Assembly (NCBI RefSeq): GCF_023055435.1
Contig: NW_025964112.1
Coordinates: 12,586,001-12,650,000, forward strand
DNA: 64,000 bases
Direction of reading: 5' to 3'
Source: Haliotis rufescens
Lineage: Eukaryota
Shown here: positions 39,223 to 52,240 of the stretch, in pieces
How positions within the stretch are numbered: the stretch's first letter is position 1
Layout: each line of letters opens with the position of its first letter
Notes under the pieces: generated by a model
What the model saw: only the letters and a program-made list of their open reading frames with translations
Database searches by the model: none
Told to the model about the DNA's origin: nothing
Made by a program: the position numbers and the translations under genes

Positions 39223-40620
39223 TGCACCCTTAGCCCTATATTGTTCTCTTTGCTTATTGTTGAATTAGAATCAATGTTGCACTCCTCCGGCGAGAGGGGA
39301 ATATTTGTGAGTCAAGAATCTCTAGACATTCTGTTGTTACTATATGCCGATGATTTGTGCATAATTGATGATACTGTAGTTGGTCTCCAACGAAAACTTA
39401 ATATCCTTAAATCTTTCTGTACTAAATGGGGTTTAGAAGTTAACCATAGTAAGACTGAAATTTTAGTTTTCAGAAATGGTGGAAAACTTAGGAGTACTGA
39501 GAAATGGAGGTTTGGAGATGTTAATGTTAAAGTATCTACCTATTATAATTATCTAGGTTTGTTATTTTCAAATCGGCTGTGTTGGACGACTGGTATCAAC
39601 TCTCTTGTTCAGAAGGCAAATAAGGCTCTGTTCGTCGTTAAGAAATTACAGCATTGTTTAAAGAACATACCCGTACATATACTTTTTAAAATATTTGACA
39701 TTCAAATTAAGCCTGTATTATTATACACTTCAGAAATATGGGGCTATTCAAAAATTGCAGCTATTGAAAAATTTCAGATTAAATTCTGTAAATTTACTAT
39801 TGGAATTGGAAGTCATGTTACAAATGTTGCTGCCCTTGGCGAATGTGGTAGATATGGCTTATTTATTGATTATCACAAGAGATGTATTAAATATTGGTTG
39901 AAATTGTTATCTTTACCCAGTTATAGATACCCTAAGCAATGTTATTTAATGCTGAAATCTTTAGATGAAGTTAATCGCACTACATGGGTAACTTGTGTCA
40001 AAAGACTATTATTCAGTTATGGATTTGGCCACGTGTGGATTTCGCAGGAAGTTGGTAATGAGAACCTCTTTATTAATGCATTTATTCAAAGGTTAAAAGA
40101 CTGTAACCAACAGGACTGGTATTGTAAAGTTTGTGAAATACGTAAATTATCAATGTATAAGGAATATAAGTCATTGCTAACAGTTGAAAAGTATCTCTGT
40201 GAAATCACAAGCCGTCATTATAGACGTATGTTTTGTTTGTTAAGAATTGGCGAGTTGCCATTGATGGTAAATTTAGGTAGAAGATGCGGTATAGAGTACT
40301 GTAATAGGCAGTGCAGATATTGTAATTTACAGGAAATTGAAGATGAGTTTCATTTTATGCTTGTCTGCCCATGTTACAGATATTTAAGAAATAAGTATTT
40401 ACCTATTTATTACTCTTCCAATCCTACCTTATTTAAATATAATACTCTATTATCTTGTAACCGCACTAGTATTGTAACTAATTGTGTTAAGTATATACTG
40501 GAAGCACTTGCAATCCGAAATACTGTCACTTAATACCCTCTGTCATCTGCCTCATACTGTATTTTTCAATGAGTATTTGTACGTGGGCCTATGGCCTTTA
40601 TACTGAAATAAAGAATTGAA
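39223..40620 (+). mobile_element. Duplicated LINE 3' part
   Basis: Copy of 31427-32824. Confidence 0.93.
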
Positions 40621-42297
40621 TCCCCTTGTTATATGAGACGGTGTCAAATTTCAAAGGCTTTCCTCCAATTTGGTTGATGTCTGACGGAAGGGAAACGCTG
40701 TACGCCACGTCGGTTGCTTTATTGGAAAACAAAAATTGAAAACGTATATGTATATATTTCGATGTAGGAGTACCACTCTATTATTCAACTTAAATCTTTT
40801 GAAAAATGATTGAAATGATTCTGTCAATAGGATTTACTGGAGATTATGATAGGTACTATTTGTGCAAAGGAGATACCATCGCTGTGTTGAGAGAAGTCAT
40901 TCACTGCCAGGTTGACATAACATGGGTTAATTATGTGAATGTGTGAATGTAATGATTACTATTGGAGATGTACCGTAACGACATTTCAGATTAGACATTT
41001 TCAGATTATCTTTCAGACCTATTCGAAAAAAAGAACTTTTGAATCAAACGGTTTAGTAACAATGGTTATGCTAGGATTGATACATGTATGAACGTTCACC
41101 ATAGTATCACATGCATAATTACAAATTTTAATACTTTAACAATTAGTGTTCAAAAGATAACACAATTATTATGGCAATGACTAAATCCAGAGGGGGCACG
41201 AGGGGCCTAGTCGTCTGAGGTGTCACGATTCGCTGTGCAGAGTTGCGTCCCTTGGGCACGCCAGTAAGCTATGATTGTGGGTTCTAATCCCGGTTCACCC
41301 CAATTGTGTTTCTAGGTTTGTCAGTACCCGTGCTCGTGGGTTTCACCGAAGTGGTAAACGTCTGAGACATGCATGACTTCGGGTGTTCCTCCCACATTAA
41401 GCCGACACGACGGCTCGGGGTACATAGGGTACATCTCACTATATGCCCCGAGAGATTAGTTGACAACGAATATATCTCACCGACATTTATTCATACAGAC
41501 CCGGAATACATGTCCGAGTAAAACGTTTTGATTCAGCCATTTTCACAGCGAGCAGACGAGGCAAACCGAATTACTTCCCTTTACCCAATGCATTCGGATA
41601 AACACCGGTTCGTTTCAGGTCAACGATATTTATGCGAGGCAAGCAAGTTACCTTAGGTGTGTTCCAATTGACTTCTCAGGGTATATGAGTGGGTTACATG
41701 TCAATTAATTGCCCGTTCCTTAACTAATCAGAAGCTAGTAGTTTAATGTATGATGCGACAAGTAGGGTTTTCTACCTCTCAAGAACGACAGTATGGAATT
41801 TCCTCAGTTTATAAATCTCACGATCATGGGAGATAAGTTCGGTGATTCTAACGGGTCAACATTTCAGTACTTACCAATCTTCCTTTCACTCCTCTCTTGA
41901 CGTGAGTCTATGGCCTTCAGTTTTGTTGCCATGACAATTACAGTGCGTTCCAGTCGAAGCATGGCGGTTAACAAACTATCAAAAACTCTTTCCGATTCTT
42001 AACCTGATGCGACGGACTTGTAAGTCTATACTTACCGAGAGCTCTTGTAATGTTGGCGAGCAGTGCGTCTTTGCCTTGAAGATTAGATGTCATTGATAAA
42101 ATCTTCCTTTCACTCCTCTGTTGACGTGATTCCATGGCCTTCAGTTTTGTTGACATCACAGCTACAGTGCGTTCCAGTCGAAGCATAGCGGTGAACACAC
42201 TATTTAAAACACAGCTCGATGTGTTACCCGACGCTGGGCTGCTGGAGGTAGAGGCAGCAACAACAAACAACGCCAGCACAAACATACAACGCATCAT
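40598..42297 (-). CDS. Truncated C1qDC cassette 5 (42297-42036, 40716-40598)
   Basis: Copy of cassette 4 at +7796. Confidence 0.6.
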
Positions 42298-44344
42298 GAT
42301 CATTGGGCTGGGTAAGCATGGTACAGTAAAAGCTCGGTGTGTTTTATACCCTAGCCTGACGGAAGTGTCAATGTTAATATTGATTATCATCCACCAGGCA
42401 TCATGATCTCTTTCTGCGTGGTCAGCATCAAAATATGAACAGCTGGCGGGCCATCTATCAGGTACGGACTTTTTTTCTCCTCCATGTGAGCTGATATTGG
42501 ATCTTTGCAATCAATGAGTGTGAGAATATTATTTAACGCCGCAATCATCGACATACCAGCTGTGTTGGATCCGGGTAAGAATCGGTCTTCAGCAACCCAT
42601 GCTTGCTGTAAAAGCGACTATGCTTGTCTTGTCGTAAAAGGCGACTAACGGAATCATGTGGTCAGGTTCGCTGACTTGGTTGATGCAATACATCGTATCC
42701 CAATTGCGTGGATCGATGCTCATGATGTCACAGTCACTGGATTGTCTGGTCCAGACTCGAGTATTAACAGACTGCCGTCATATAGCTGGACTATTGCTGA
42801 GGGCGGCGTTAAACAACAAACAAACATACATACATAATTACAAATAAATGAACAATGAATGTGCATAAGAAAAAAACCCAGTATATATAGCCATGTTTTC
42901 GGCCGTGGTGTTATAATAATTTAACGTTTATCACCAATGTCCATATATGCGTCCCTCATTAGGTTTTATACCATCATGATCACTGGGCTGGGTAAGCATG
43001 GTACAGTAGAAGCCTGGTGTGTTTTATACCCTAGCTTGACGGAAGTGTCAATGTTATCATCCGCTTGTTTTACAATTTGGTTCAAAACTTGAAGCATCAT
43101 TATCTCATTCTGAGTAGCCAGCAATAAAATATGAACCGCTGACGGGCCATATATCACTTCCGATAACATGTCCAATTCCTGACATAGCTTATGATTTTGG
43201 ACGTCCACAGTATATCAATAGCCAACCTTAATGGTTATCACTATAACTTATACGTTGGAAACACAGCGCTGATGTTTTATCTTACATTTGTGCATAGGAT
43301 TCTGAAAATGAGCGAGTGTGAGAATATTGTTCAACGCCACTGTCAGTTATACTACTTGCTCAACTCACTCAATGTGACCAGTTAAGATCCGGGTTGGAAT
43401 AGGTTTTCAGCAACCCATGCTTGTCGTAAAAGGCGACTATGCTTGTCGATAGAGGCGACTAACGGGATCGGATGGTCAGGTTCACTGACTTGGTTGATGC
43501 AATACATCGTATCCCAATTGCATGGATCGATGCTAAGATGTCAATCACTGAATTGTCGGATTCAGACTCAATTATTTACGGACTGCCGTCATATAGCTGG
43601 ATTTTGCTGAGTGCGGCGTTAAACAACAAACAAACAAAGCGTGTCATGTTTTAATAAACCGTCTCCATAATCTTAAGAAATCACTGCTAGACGCGGAATC
43701 CGTTGTACGATTCTGACTATATCATAATCATGTGTTCATAAATAACATTCAAAAAGTGACGATGCCAAATGTTGAAAAGGTGAGCGTATCCTGCCCCACT
43801 GATGGCATCAGTCACAAACACATGCAAAGGCGAAAACGAGAATATATGGTACAAATCAAACCGGGAATTGCATCGGACATCGCCTTTGTCACTGATGCCT
43901 TAAATTTGGAAATGTCCTGCGCATGTCTGCAATAAAACATTTTGAAAACTTCACCGGGGCCTTGGAAAGTTTAAATCACTCATATTGTCATACAGGGGTT
44001 AGTCACTCTGAATCTCTATGCGTACATCTAAATATCATTAGCTATTTGACCATTATTGAACATACAGGTATTGTTTTTGTACCATTAAATCACTAGTTGA
44101 TTTATCCCACGATCGTGTATGTACTGTAGACGTATGTAATAAATGTGTTGTGTCGTTTCTGTCCAATCAGAAAGTATAACCTGCGAAGGCGCAAGGTTGG
44201 GGAACCCCATGTCTTTGATATCTTACACTTGCACATTTGCACATGATCGGCGATACACAAATTATGTATTTTGTTATTGGTTTGTCAAATGCATATTGGG
44301 AATCTGTGCTTCTCTATCTTTAGTCATATCTTTTATAATTTTCA

Positions 44345-44419
<75 letters not shown>

Positions 44420-47320
44420 GGGCGGTTTCTGTATTAGTAAACCTCAAGGATTATTTTTAAACATCATGTTGGGCACTGTGGATCTGAGCATACAGAATAG
44501 CGCATCAAAACACCTCAAACATTTCTCATGCCACACTGCAGGATATGTGGTATACCTTAGACCTAGGTGTGTAGCACGTGGAAAAGCGATGTCAGACAGA
44601 TATCAAATGTTTCAAATCGCCTGCAACAATCACTTAACACCTCTATCATTGTGACAGATGGTGGGTGTTTATTTCCAATTGATCGCCAGAGATAATTACT
44701 TGACACCTTTACAATTGTGCATGTACTTGTATGGTAACACAAGTGATTGTTGCATATGTTCACCACACGATTTCATTTTAATGTACTGACGATTCTCTTT
44801 AGTACTGGTGGGGGCGGTCGGGTAGCCTATTGGTTAAAGCGTTCGCTCGTCGCGCCGAAGACTCGGGTTCGATTCCCGACATGGGTACACTGTGTGAAGC
44901 CCATTTGTGGTGTCCCCCGCCCTGATATTGCTGGAATATTGCTAAAAGCGGCGTAAAACCGTACTCATACACTCACTCACTGTTGTACTGGTCCGTCTGA
45001 GTTCGTACATTCGAACATATACTCTTCAATAAAGGAAGGAGATACGCGCAAATAACTTAAAATTTCAGAAAATGTAAGAGAGAAATTAGTGTCTTGTAAC
45101 ATTACAAACGGTAGGGAAGTGTGACAGTAGATGTTATGACAGCGAACGACCTAGAAAGACGATAGGGGTAAGATGGGAAATGAAAAAATACGTTTTTTGA
45201 TCAGTATTGGGTAAACCGCTTCGATTTGTCAAACATTAATTCACTCGACGAGACATACTCCATATGTGTCTCCTAATGGCGATTTAAGGGAATCTGCCCC
45301 ACTCCTCTTGCAGCGCCTGCCAAGTTCAGCCAATGTGGTCGACCTCATATCTCCCATCATGTCCCAGGCGTGTTCAATGGGGGAAAGATTTGGGTTCATT
45401 AATGACCATGGCATTCTACGGATGTTGTTTTGTCGGAAGTGACGATTGACGATTCATGCACGGTGAGCACAGGCGTTGTCGCCCTGAAAGACAAACGTCG
45501 ACCTACACGCATTGCAAATGGGACAACAAAAGCGTGTCAGTATGTTGTCCCGAGAGTACTGTCAATAAAAAAATAATCTGTGACGTCATTCTATTATTTC
45601 AAAGCTCCATTATTTTTCAGGAATGGAGAGTTGTTTGTCAACTGTACATTATCTTGAAGCAACATTTGAATTAATTTCCACTTGGAACAGACGGAAGTAT
45701 TGTTTAGATTCATTGACAAGAGAATAATTTCATTTTTTCCGAAAACGTGTCGCCAGCGGGATTCGAACCCGCATCGTTTGTTTTGATAACGTGTAATTGT
45801 CAACCTCAGCTACGGCGGCACATGAAGGTGTGGTGTGAAATTAACTATTAAATATTTTCATAATTTTGCATAATGCTTAACAGCTCAAAATAATATTATA
45901 TATTTTGTGTTAGAGCAGGTTACCCACAACAATGTTCCTATTTATAGCAATTAAATAAACCTTTTGCGAGAAAAAACAAATAAGGTAATATAAATATCCC
46001 TTCTTCGTGGCTCTATATTTCATATTATTCCCGTCAGCATGTATTAACAATGTGCAAGCGATAAATACTGGTTTATGGCCCAACGAAATTATGAAGAGCC
46101 GTGTACCATGCATTGTAAATGTCAGCTCGCGACGGAGCTTGGCGCACTTGCAACAGGAGTAGAGAACACATTCCTCGTGCATCACGCAAGGGCGACTCAC
46201 GCAGTAGAAATACAGACAACAAAGAGTTCTGGTTTATTTTTCGAATATTTTCAACAAAAGAATATTTTGTCAAAGTGTAAAAGTAGGGATGAGTTTTAAG
46301 CAGGGGATTATACTCGTAACTCACCATTCCTTAAACATATTTGGCCGCAGCCCCTGCGGGGCCTCTGCTCCATTATTTTGAATGAGTGAGTATGGTTTTA
46401 CGCCGCTTTTAGCAATATTCCAGCAATATCACGGCGGGGGACACCAGATATTGGGCTTCACACATTGTGCCCATGTCGGGAATCGAACCCGGGTCTTCGG
46501 CGTGACGAGCGAACGCTTTAACCACAAGGCTACCCGACCGCCCCCCATTATTTTGAAGGAATGGAGAGTTACTCGGACATTGCCCTCCTCGTTACCCTTC
46601 CTTGCACAACATGGAGTGGGGTTCGATCAGTGATAGTGATGCCACCCAGCACCATAACGTACGTTAACCGATCCCGTAGGCTACACATGTTGCAGACGCC
46701 GCATCGCTAGTTCATACACAAACAATGAATGAAATAAAGTAAATCAAAACTGTATGACTCGAGACGATTGACAGAAATAATATCACACAGAGATTAATAT
46801 ACCTTCCTTGAAAGTAAGAGGCGACTACCTGGATCGAGTGGTCAGGCTCGCTGACTTGGTTAATGCATATCGTCGTATCCAAATTGCGTGGATTGATGGG
46901 CATGATGTCAATCAACGGATTGTCTGGTCCAGACTCGATTATTTACAGACCGCAGTCATATAGTTGGAATATTGCTGGGTGTGGCGTTAAACAACAAACA
47001 AACAAACAAATGGCTACTCAGCCATCCCTGTACAGTGGAGCATGTAATGCACGTGCACTTACATGTAGTCGAGGTCAGAATGTTTGTGCTCCTGAACTGA
47101 TACGAGATGTACTTGATGCGAGCAGTTTGGGTCGGAAGTATCACTGTTCCCTTAATCTCGGGATTACCGCGGCCCCTACTTATAGACATTGCTAAGGTTT
47201 CCACTGTCCCCACCTGTCAGGATTACCATGGCTTACCACTGTCCATACATACCGGGATAACTATGGATTACAACTGTTCCAACACAAAATGGATTACCAT
47301 CGATAAACACTGTGCCTACA

Positions 47321-47540
47321 GACCCGTGAAGATCCGGGTTAGAATAGGTCTTCAGCAACCCATGCTTGCCGTAAAAGGCGCCTAACGGAATTGGGTGGTC
47401 AGGCTCGCTGACTTGGTTGATGCATGTCATCGATCCCAATTGCGTGGATCGATGCTCATTATGTCAATCACTGGATTGTCTGGTCCATACTCGATTATTT
47501 ACAGACTGCCGTCATATAGCTGGATTATTGCTGAGTGCAA
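47321..47540 (+). mobile_element. SINE family B, single-core variant (paralog at 63899-64000)
   Basis: Starts GACCCGTGAAGATCCGGGTT. Confidence 0.85.
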
Positions 47541-47912
47541 TGGCCTTTAAACATTGAAAACGAAACAATTTCACACTTAATCCTTAACATTTCCCATCTT
47601 TATTTTCAAAGATTAGAATAGAAAACCAATCCGTTGTTTTAGGCTCGTCCATGAATCCATCAACTGAAACCTTCATGTTTATTTCGGATGACGGATTTCC
47701 CAGTCGTTCAAACGCAATTGGCTGTGCAGACTTAGACCACCTGAATATGATGATCGTGGGTTCAAATCATAGATTACCCCTGATTATTATCCTTGGTTTG
47801 TTAAAACCATACCCGTCCTCCTGGTTTTCACCAATGGTGTAAACTACTAATGTCACTTTGGGCTCTCCTCCGATATCAAGCTGACACAAGCATATGTGGA
47901 CATTGCTAATAG

Positions 47913-48179
47913 ACCCGTGAAGGTTCCGGGGTAGAATAGGTCTTCAGCAACCCATACTTGCCGTAAAAGGCGACTAGGCTGGTCGTAAAAGGCGACTAAC
48001 GGGATCGGGGGGTCAGGCTCGCTGACTTAGTTGATACATGTCATCGATCCCAATTGCGTAGATCGATGCTCATGATGTCAATCACTGGATTGTCTGGTCC
48101 AGACTCGATTATTTTACAGACCGCCGTCATATAGCTGGAATATTGCTGAGTACGGCGTTAAACAACAAACAAACAAACA
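47913..48179 (+). mobile_element. SINE family B, full-length reference copy
   Basis: 13-bp TSD ACATTGCTAATAG at 47900-47912 and 48180-48192. Confidence 0.92.
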
Positions 48180-49349
48180 ACATTGCTAATAGGTCAAATT
48201 TGCAACCAAGTTTTTTAAGAGCTGCAATACCTCTACAGGGTTAGCTTCCTTTGCCATGTCGGGATCCGCTGATTTTGGGTTCCAATCGTAGAGTCGTCCT
48301 GATTAAGATCATATGCTGCAAACACCTTTACCCTTATCCTTGATTCTCCACTTTTACATTTCCATTGTATGATGCTAAATACCTAAGCCCATTATCTAAC
48401 AAAACTTCGTCTGGAAAGTGACGTCATCATCTCCATCTCCATCAGCGTTTTAGTAACTTTCCGACGACTTTCTTTCGTACGTGATTGAATTTGATAAGAC
48501 AGCTTTCGAGAGGCGTGTCAATTTGAATTCGACTTTGAGAGCAAAGGTACATGTATGTATGGTCTATCCTCTCGGTAATGGCCTACACATGTACGTCACC
48601 TTGTCCATTCGTCAACCATTAAAGTGATATGCAGTGATAAAAACACTTTAAAACTCACTCTTACTCAAACATATCAGCGACCATCTCAACATATTGACGA
48701 CATATTGTCGAGGAGACGCTAAATACTAACGCACCCACTGGTTTGGGAGATGAAGTGCACATGAATTTGTCAGTTGATTACTTCCATTCATTGTGTAATG
48801 ATCAAGAAGTTTCATCAAGTCCTTGAGATAACACCATTGTCACTGATTAAGGCGCAAATGAACCGAAGGAATGCATTACTGGGTGACATCAAATATGAAA
48901 AATTTAGACACATAAACAATCTGGCTGGAGCCAACGGTGACAATGTGAACAAGAATATACACAAAGGGAAGCAACTCCGACCGATCGAAGTGTCATAAAA
49001 TCGGCTATGTTGACGACATTTACGGACAGGGATCGATGAATGTAATATGAAAATAGGAATGTTTCCCATCGAATACGGGATTTGTCTTTTATTCAGGGAA
49101 GCTATGGCTGAACGCACCAAGGTTAATGCTTGTTTTGTTTTTTTTAAAAGGCGATTTCGAAAACCTTTGTCAAAAGATATCAACTAACGCCGTTTTCAAA
49201 CATATGCAGATCCAAGTAAGGTTGGTGTTTCCTTGGGGCAACTGTTAACGTCTTTATTAAAACAATATTTATTTACGGATGATCCTAGTCATTTCGTCAC
49301 CGACATTTTGTTGACTGTCACGTATAACAAAATTCACCCACTCACTCAG

Positions 49350-50850
49350 TTAAACTCGTCAAGATGGAAATGGGATAGAAGCTCGTCAAGGTTGTCAGGG
49401 TATAAGCTCGTCAAAGTATCTGGATAGAAGCTCGTCACGGTGGATGAGTTAGAAACCCATGAAGGTGGGTAGAAGCTTAACAAGGCGAATGGGCTAGAAG
49501 CTCGTCACAGTGGCGCAGGTGGATGTTTGTCATGGTGGATGGGTTGAAGATCGACAAGGTAGATGAGGTAGAAGCTCGTCATGGTGGATAGGTAGAAGAT
49601 CGACAAGGTAGATGAGCTAGTAGCTCGTCAAGGTGGATGGGCAGAAGTTCGTCAAAGTGGATAAGGTAGAAGCTCGTCAAGGTGGCTAGATAGAAGCTCA
49701 ACAAGGTGAATTGGGTAGAAGCTCGTCACGGTGGATGAGGTAGAGGCTCGTCAAGGTGGATTGGGTAGAAACTCGTCAAGCTGGATTGGGTAGAAACTCT
49801 TCAAGGTTGGTCGGGTAGAAGCTCGACAAGGTGGATGGGGTAGAAACTCGTCACGGTGGATGAGGTAGAAGCTCGTCACGGTGGATGAGGTAGAAACTCG
49901 TCACGGTGGATGAGGTAGAAGCTCGTCACGATGGATGAGGTAGAAGCTCGTCAAGGTGGTTGAGGTAGAAACTCGTCAAGCTGGATTGGGTAGAAACTCT
50001 TCAAGGGTGGTCGCGTAGAAGCTCGTCACGGTGGATGGGGTAGAAACTCGTCAAGCTGGATTGGGTAGAAACTCTTCAAGGGTGGTCGCGTAGAAGCTCG
50101 TCACGGTGGATGGGGTAGAAGCTTGTCAAAGTGGATGGAGTAGAATCTCGTCAAGGTTTATCAGGTAGAAGCTAGATGGGATAGACGCTCAATGAGTTGG
50201 ATGGACAGAAGCTCGTCACAGTGGATGTGGTAGAAGCTCTTCAAACTAGATGGGGTAGAAGCTTGTCATGGTTCGTCGGGTAGAAACTCGCCCAGACGGA
50301 TGTGGTAGAAGCTCGTCAAGGTGGATGGGGTAGAAGCTCGTCAAGGTTGTCGGGGTAGAAGCTCGTCAAGGTTGTCGGGGTAGAAGCTCGTGAAGGTGGA
50401 TGGGGTAGAAGCTCGTCAAGGTGGATGGGGTAGAAGCTCGTCAAGGTGGATGGGGTAGAAGCTCGTCAAGGTGGATGGGGTAGAAGCTCGACAAGGTCGA
50501 TGGGGTAGAAGCTCGTCAAGGTTGCCGGGGTAGAAGCTCGTCAAGGTGGATGGGGTAGAAGCTCGTCAAGGTAAATGAGATAGAAGCTCGTCAAGGTTGT
50601 CGGGGTAGAAGCTCGTCAAGGTGGATGGGGTAGAGGCTCGTCAAGGTGGATGGGGTAGAAGCTCGTCACGGTGGATGGGGTAGAAGCTCGACAAGGTCGA
50701 TGGGGTAGAAGCTCGTCAAGGTTGTCGGGGTAGAAGCTCGTCAAGGTGGATGGGGTAGAAGCTCGTCAAGGTAAATGAGATAGAAGCTCGACAAGGTGAA
50801 TGGGTAAAAGATCGACAAGGTAGATCAAATAGAAGCTCAACAAGATGAAC
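49350..50850. repeat. 25-bp minisatellite/satellite, ~60 copies (GGGGTAGAAGCTCGTCAAGGTGGAT)
   Basis: Period 25 read directly; degenerate edges. Confidence 0.97.
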
Positions 50851-52084
50851 AGGTGTGGTTCAAGCTCGTATCCACACTCAATTACATCAGCCAATGCAAC
50901 CTGACTGGAATAGTGAATAGTAGCTGTTTCCTGGTGGAAATGAACACAACGTCAGAGTTTGCCGCGATGTTTTCGCCTAATGTTTTCAATAAGTTGGCTT
51001 AGTATTTACCATTCATACATATCCCCTGTGGTAGATAATCTGTGTATATTTCCTTTGTCGTCCCAAAGTAAGTAGGCCAGAACGTTCTCAGTGGCTCTGG
51101 TTGCTTTATACTTCTTGTGGACGGCATCAATGTCTTTTGAGATGCTGATGCAGAAACCTATGATCGTGGTTTCTGGGTTTGCCGGGTTTCTAGATGCACT
51201 ATGCGTTATTTCTGGACTAAAGCCGGGCGATGTGTTGTTCGCGACTATTCAAGAGTACCTCCGTAATTCCCATACTTGTAGCACGATTACGACATTCCCA
51301 CGGCCGTTATAGCATTTTGATTCACCAAAGTGGTGAACCTCTGAGATCTGCATCACTTCGGGATTTCCTCCCACATTAAGCTGACACGCCGTGATATGAC
51401 TGGAACACTGTTAAAAAAGGCGCAAAACTCAACTCACTCATCCACTCAAACAGAAGTGTAAACTGTAAATGAATTAGTAGCAAACACACAAAATGGTAAA
51501 CATGTATCAAGAAAAGCTATCAAAGAAAGATTTAAAGATATGGAAACACTATATATTATTAGTTGAGGGATTTTAACTTACAGATATAAGATTGTCAATT
51601 AATTAAACATAAAGACATGAGAATACCTATGTACCTAATTAACTTGTGACTTATATACTGAACTTGCCCAGTGCGACCGGGATGCCTATCTGAAAACGCC
51701 GACCTTTCTGCTCCTAGCACTGTTTGCAGTGTTTCCCGGGTTCAAGAACGGAGGGCGTGCATCATTCAACTGTGACAAAATTCTGGACGTCCTTGATTGC
51801 ACTAACGTATCCACATGAGGCATGTTATGTATTGCTGCTGCTGCAACATATTTGACCCATTGTATTGCCTCTTGTGAGTGTAAACCTCATCTGTGTGTTT
51901 CAATATAATTTGTTTTTTATTCATTGATCTTGCATGGTTATTAAGTCCTGTAAATACCGCTTCTGTGTTAACCTTCGCGTTACAACTTGGGAATCAACTC
52001 AACCACTTTACACATATTCCAGTATCATCAGTTAGGGATTATTTTGTATTAAAGATCCTTTATATATAGATTTTTTTTAAATAG

Positions 52085-52240
52085 TGAGTTTGATTTTACG
52101 CCGCTTTTAGCAACATTCCAGCAATATCACGGCGGGAGACACCAGAAATGGGCTTCACACATTGTACCCATGTCGGGAATCGAACCCGGGTCTTTTGCGT
52201 GACGATCGAACGCTTTAACCACTGGGCTACCCGACCGCCT
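52085..52240 (-). mobile_element. SINE family A
   Basis: Reverse complement of the consensus. Confidence 0.88.

Larger units (their letters stand above)
31346..46938. repeat. Tandem duplication of a 7796-bp segment (junction ~39121-39142)
   Basis: ORFs recur at +7796; the junction lies within a chimeric SINE B. Confidence 0.95.

Noticed and set aside
47030-49350. Short ORFs (60-122 aa) as genes
   Set aside because: No recognisable domains or splice structure; several overlap SINEs
49350-50850. CRISPR array
   Set aside because: Contiguous 25-bp monomers with no unique spacers, no cas genes, eukaryotic context
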